A stretch of 64,000 nt of DNA, from the IMG/VR virus record IMGVR_UViG_3300043256_000274, positions 1-64,000 of that record. One strand, 5' to 3'. The position numbers were made by a program, and so were the translations under genes. This DNA is from a virus. Of this stretch, positions 63,845 to 64,000 are shown piece after piece. The notes under the pieces were generated by a model that searched no databases, was not told the origin of the DNA, and saw only the letters and a program-made list of their open reading frames with translations. Every line of letters begins with the position of its first letter. Positions within the stretch are counted from its first letter, which is position 1.

Positions 63845-63845
63845 G

Positions 63846-64000
63846 CTATTCGCCTGCCTTGATGCAGAAGAAGCTGAACACTTCGTCTTGGTTACCATTC
63901 TGGAAGACGATGTAGCGAACGTCACCGATCTTCTGTACGTCCTCCGACGTGAGATTCGTGGTAGCGTCTGACGCTGAGATCCAGAAACAGTTGTCGAGCT
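63846..64000 (-). CDS. Partial virion structural protein (C-terminus)
   Basis: ELDNCFWISA...SED...IG..RY.VFQN..., similar in style to the downstream gene. Confidence 0.6.
   Translation of the reverse strand, partial: LDNCFWISASDATTNLTSEDVQKIGDVRYIVFQNGNQDEVFSFFCIKAGE

Noticed and set aside
3-63971. Many long plus-strand ORFs (e.g. 3668-4852, 9134-9991, 26083-26910)
   Set aside because: They are antisense shadows of recognisable minus-strand genes in high-GC DNA and carry no family motifs.

Overview
High-GC tailed dsDNA phage DNA. Essentially all real genes are on the minus strand, and the plus-strand ORFs look like shadows. The organisation resembles YuA/M6-like siphoviruses. Reading the minus strand from the right end: GTA-type tail-tip genes (63.9-57.0 kb), then a terminator and promoter. 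Next is a replication and nucleotide module: SNF2 helicase, SSB-like protein, Dda/RecD helicase, class II RNR with a Gln-ending LAGLIDADG intein, HD nucleotidase, two DNA methyltransferases, family A polymerase, dCMP deaminase, resolvase and primase-helicase. An accessory region follows (metallophosphoesterase, ClpP, GGDEF-like, dNTP diphosphohydrolase, SSB, ThyX, MazG, RtcB, SpoT-type HD, RNA ligase). After it come a distinct probable early/terminal segment with a beta-clamp gene (19.5-14.9 kb), a tRNA/ncRNA island (12.5-9.6 kb), terminase, portal and virion/neck genes. No capsid, tape measure, integrase or clear endolysin lies in the window, and the host cannot be determined. The most notable signals are: (1) an in-frame TGA next to a Cys followed by a bacterial SECIS-like hairpin (candidate phage selenoprotein); (2) a 121-nt tRNA-like RNA and other structured RNAs, one ending in a tmRNA-tag-like frame; (3) a strand-polar GCCGAAT motif that becomes denser toward a probable genome end; (4) sigma28-like promoters; (5) a possible nucleotide-signalling operon. 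All calls come from manual motif reading with no database searches, and several start codons were adjusted by eye.
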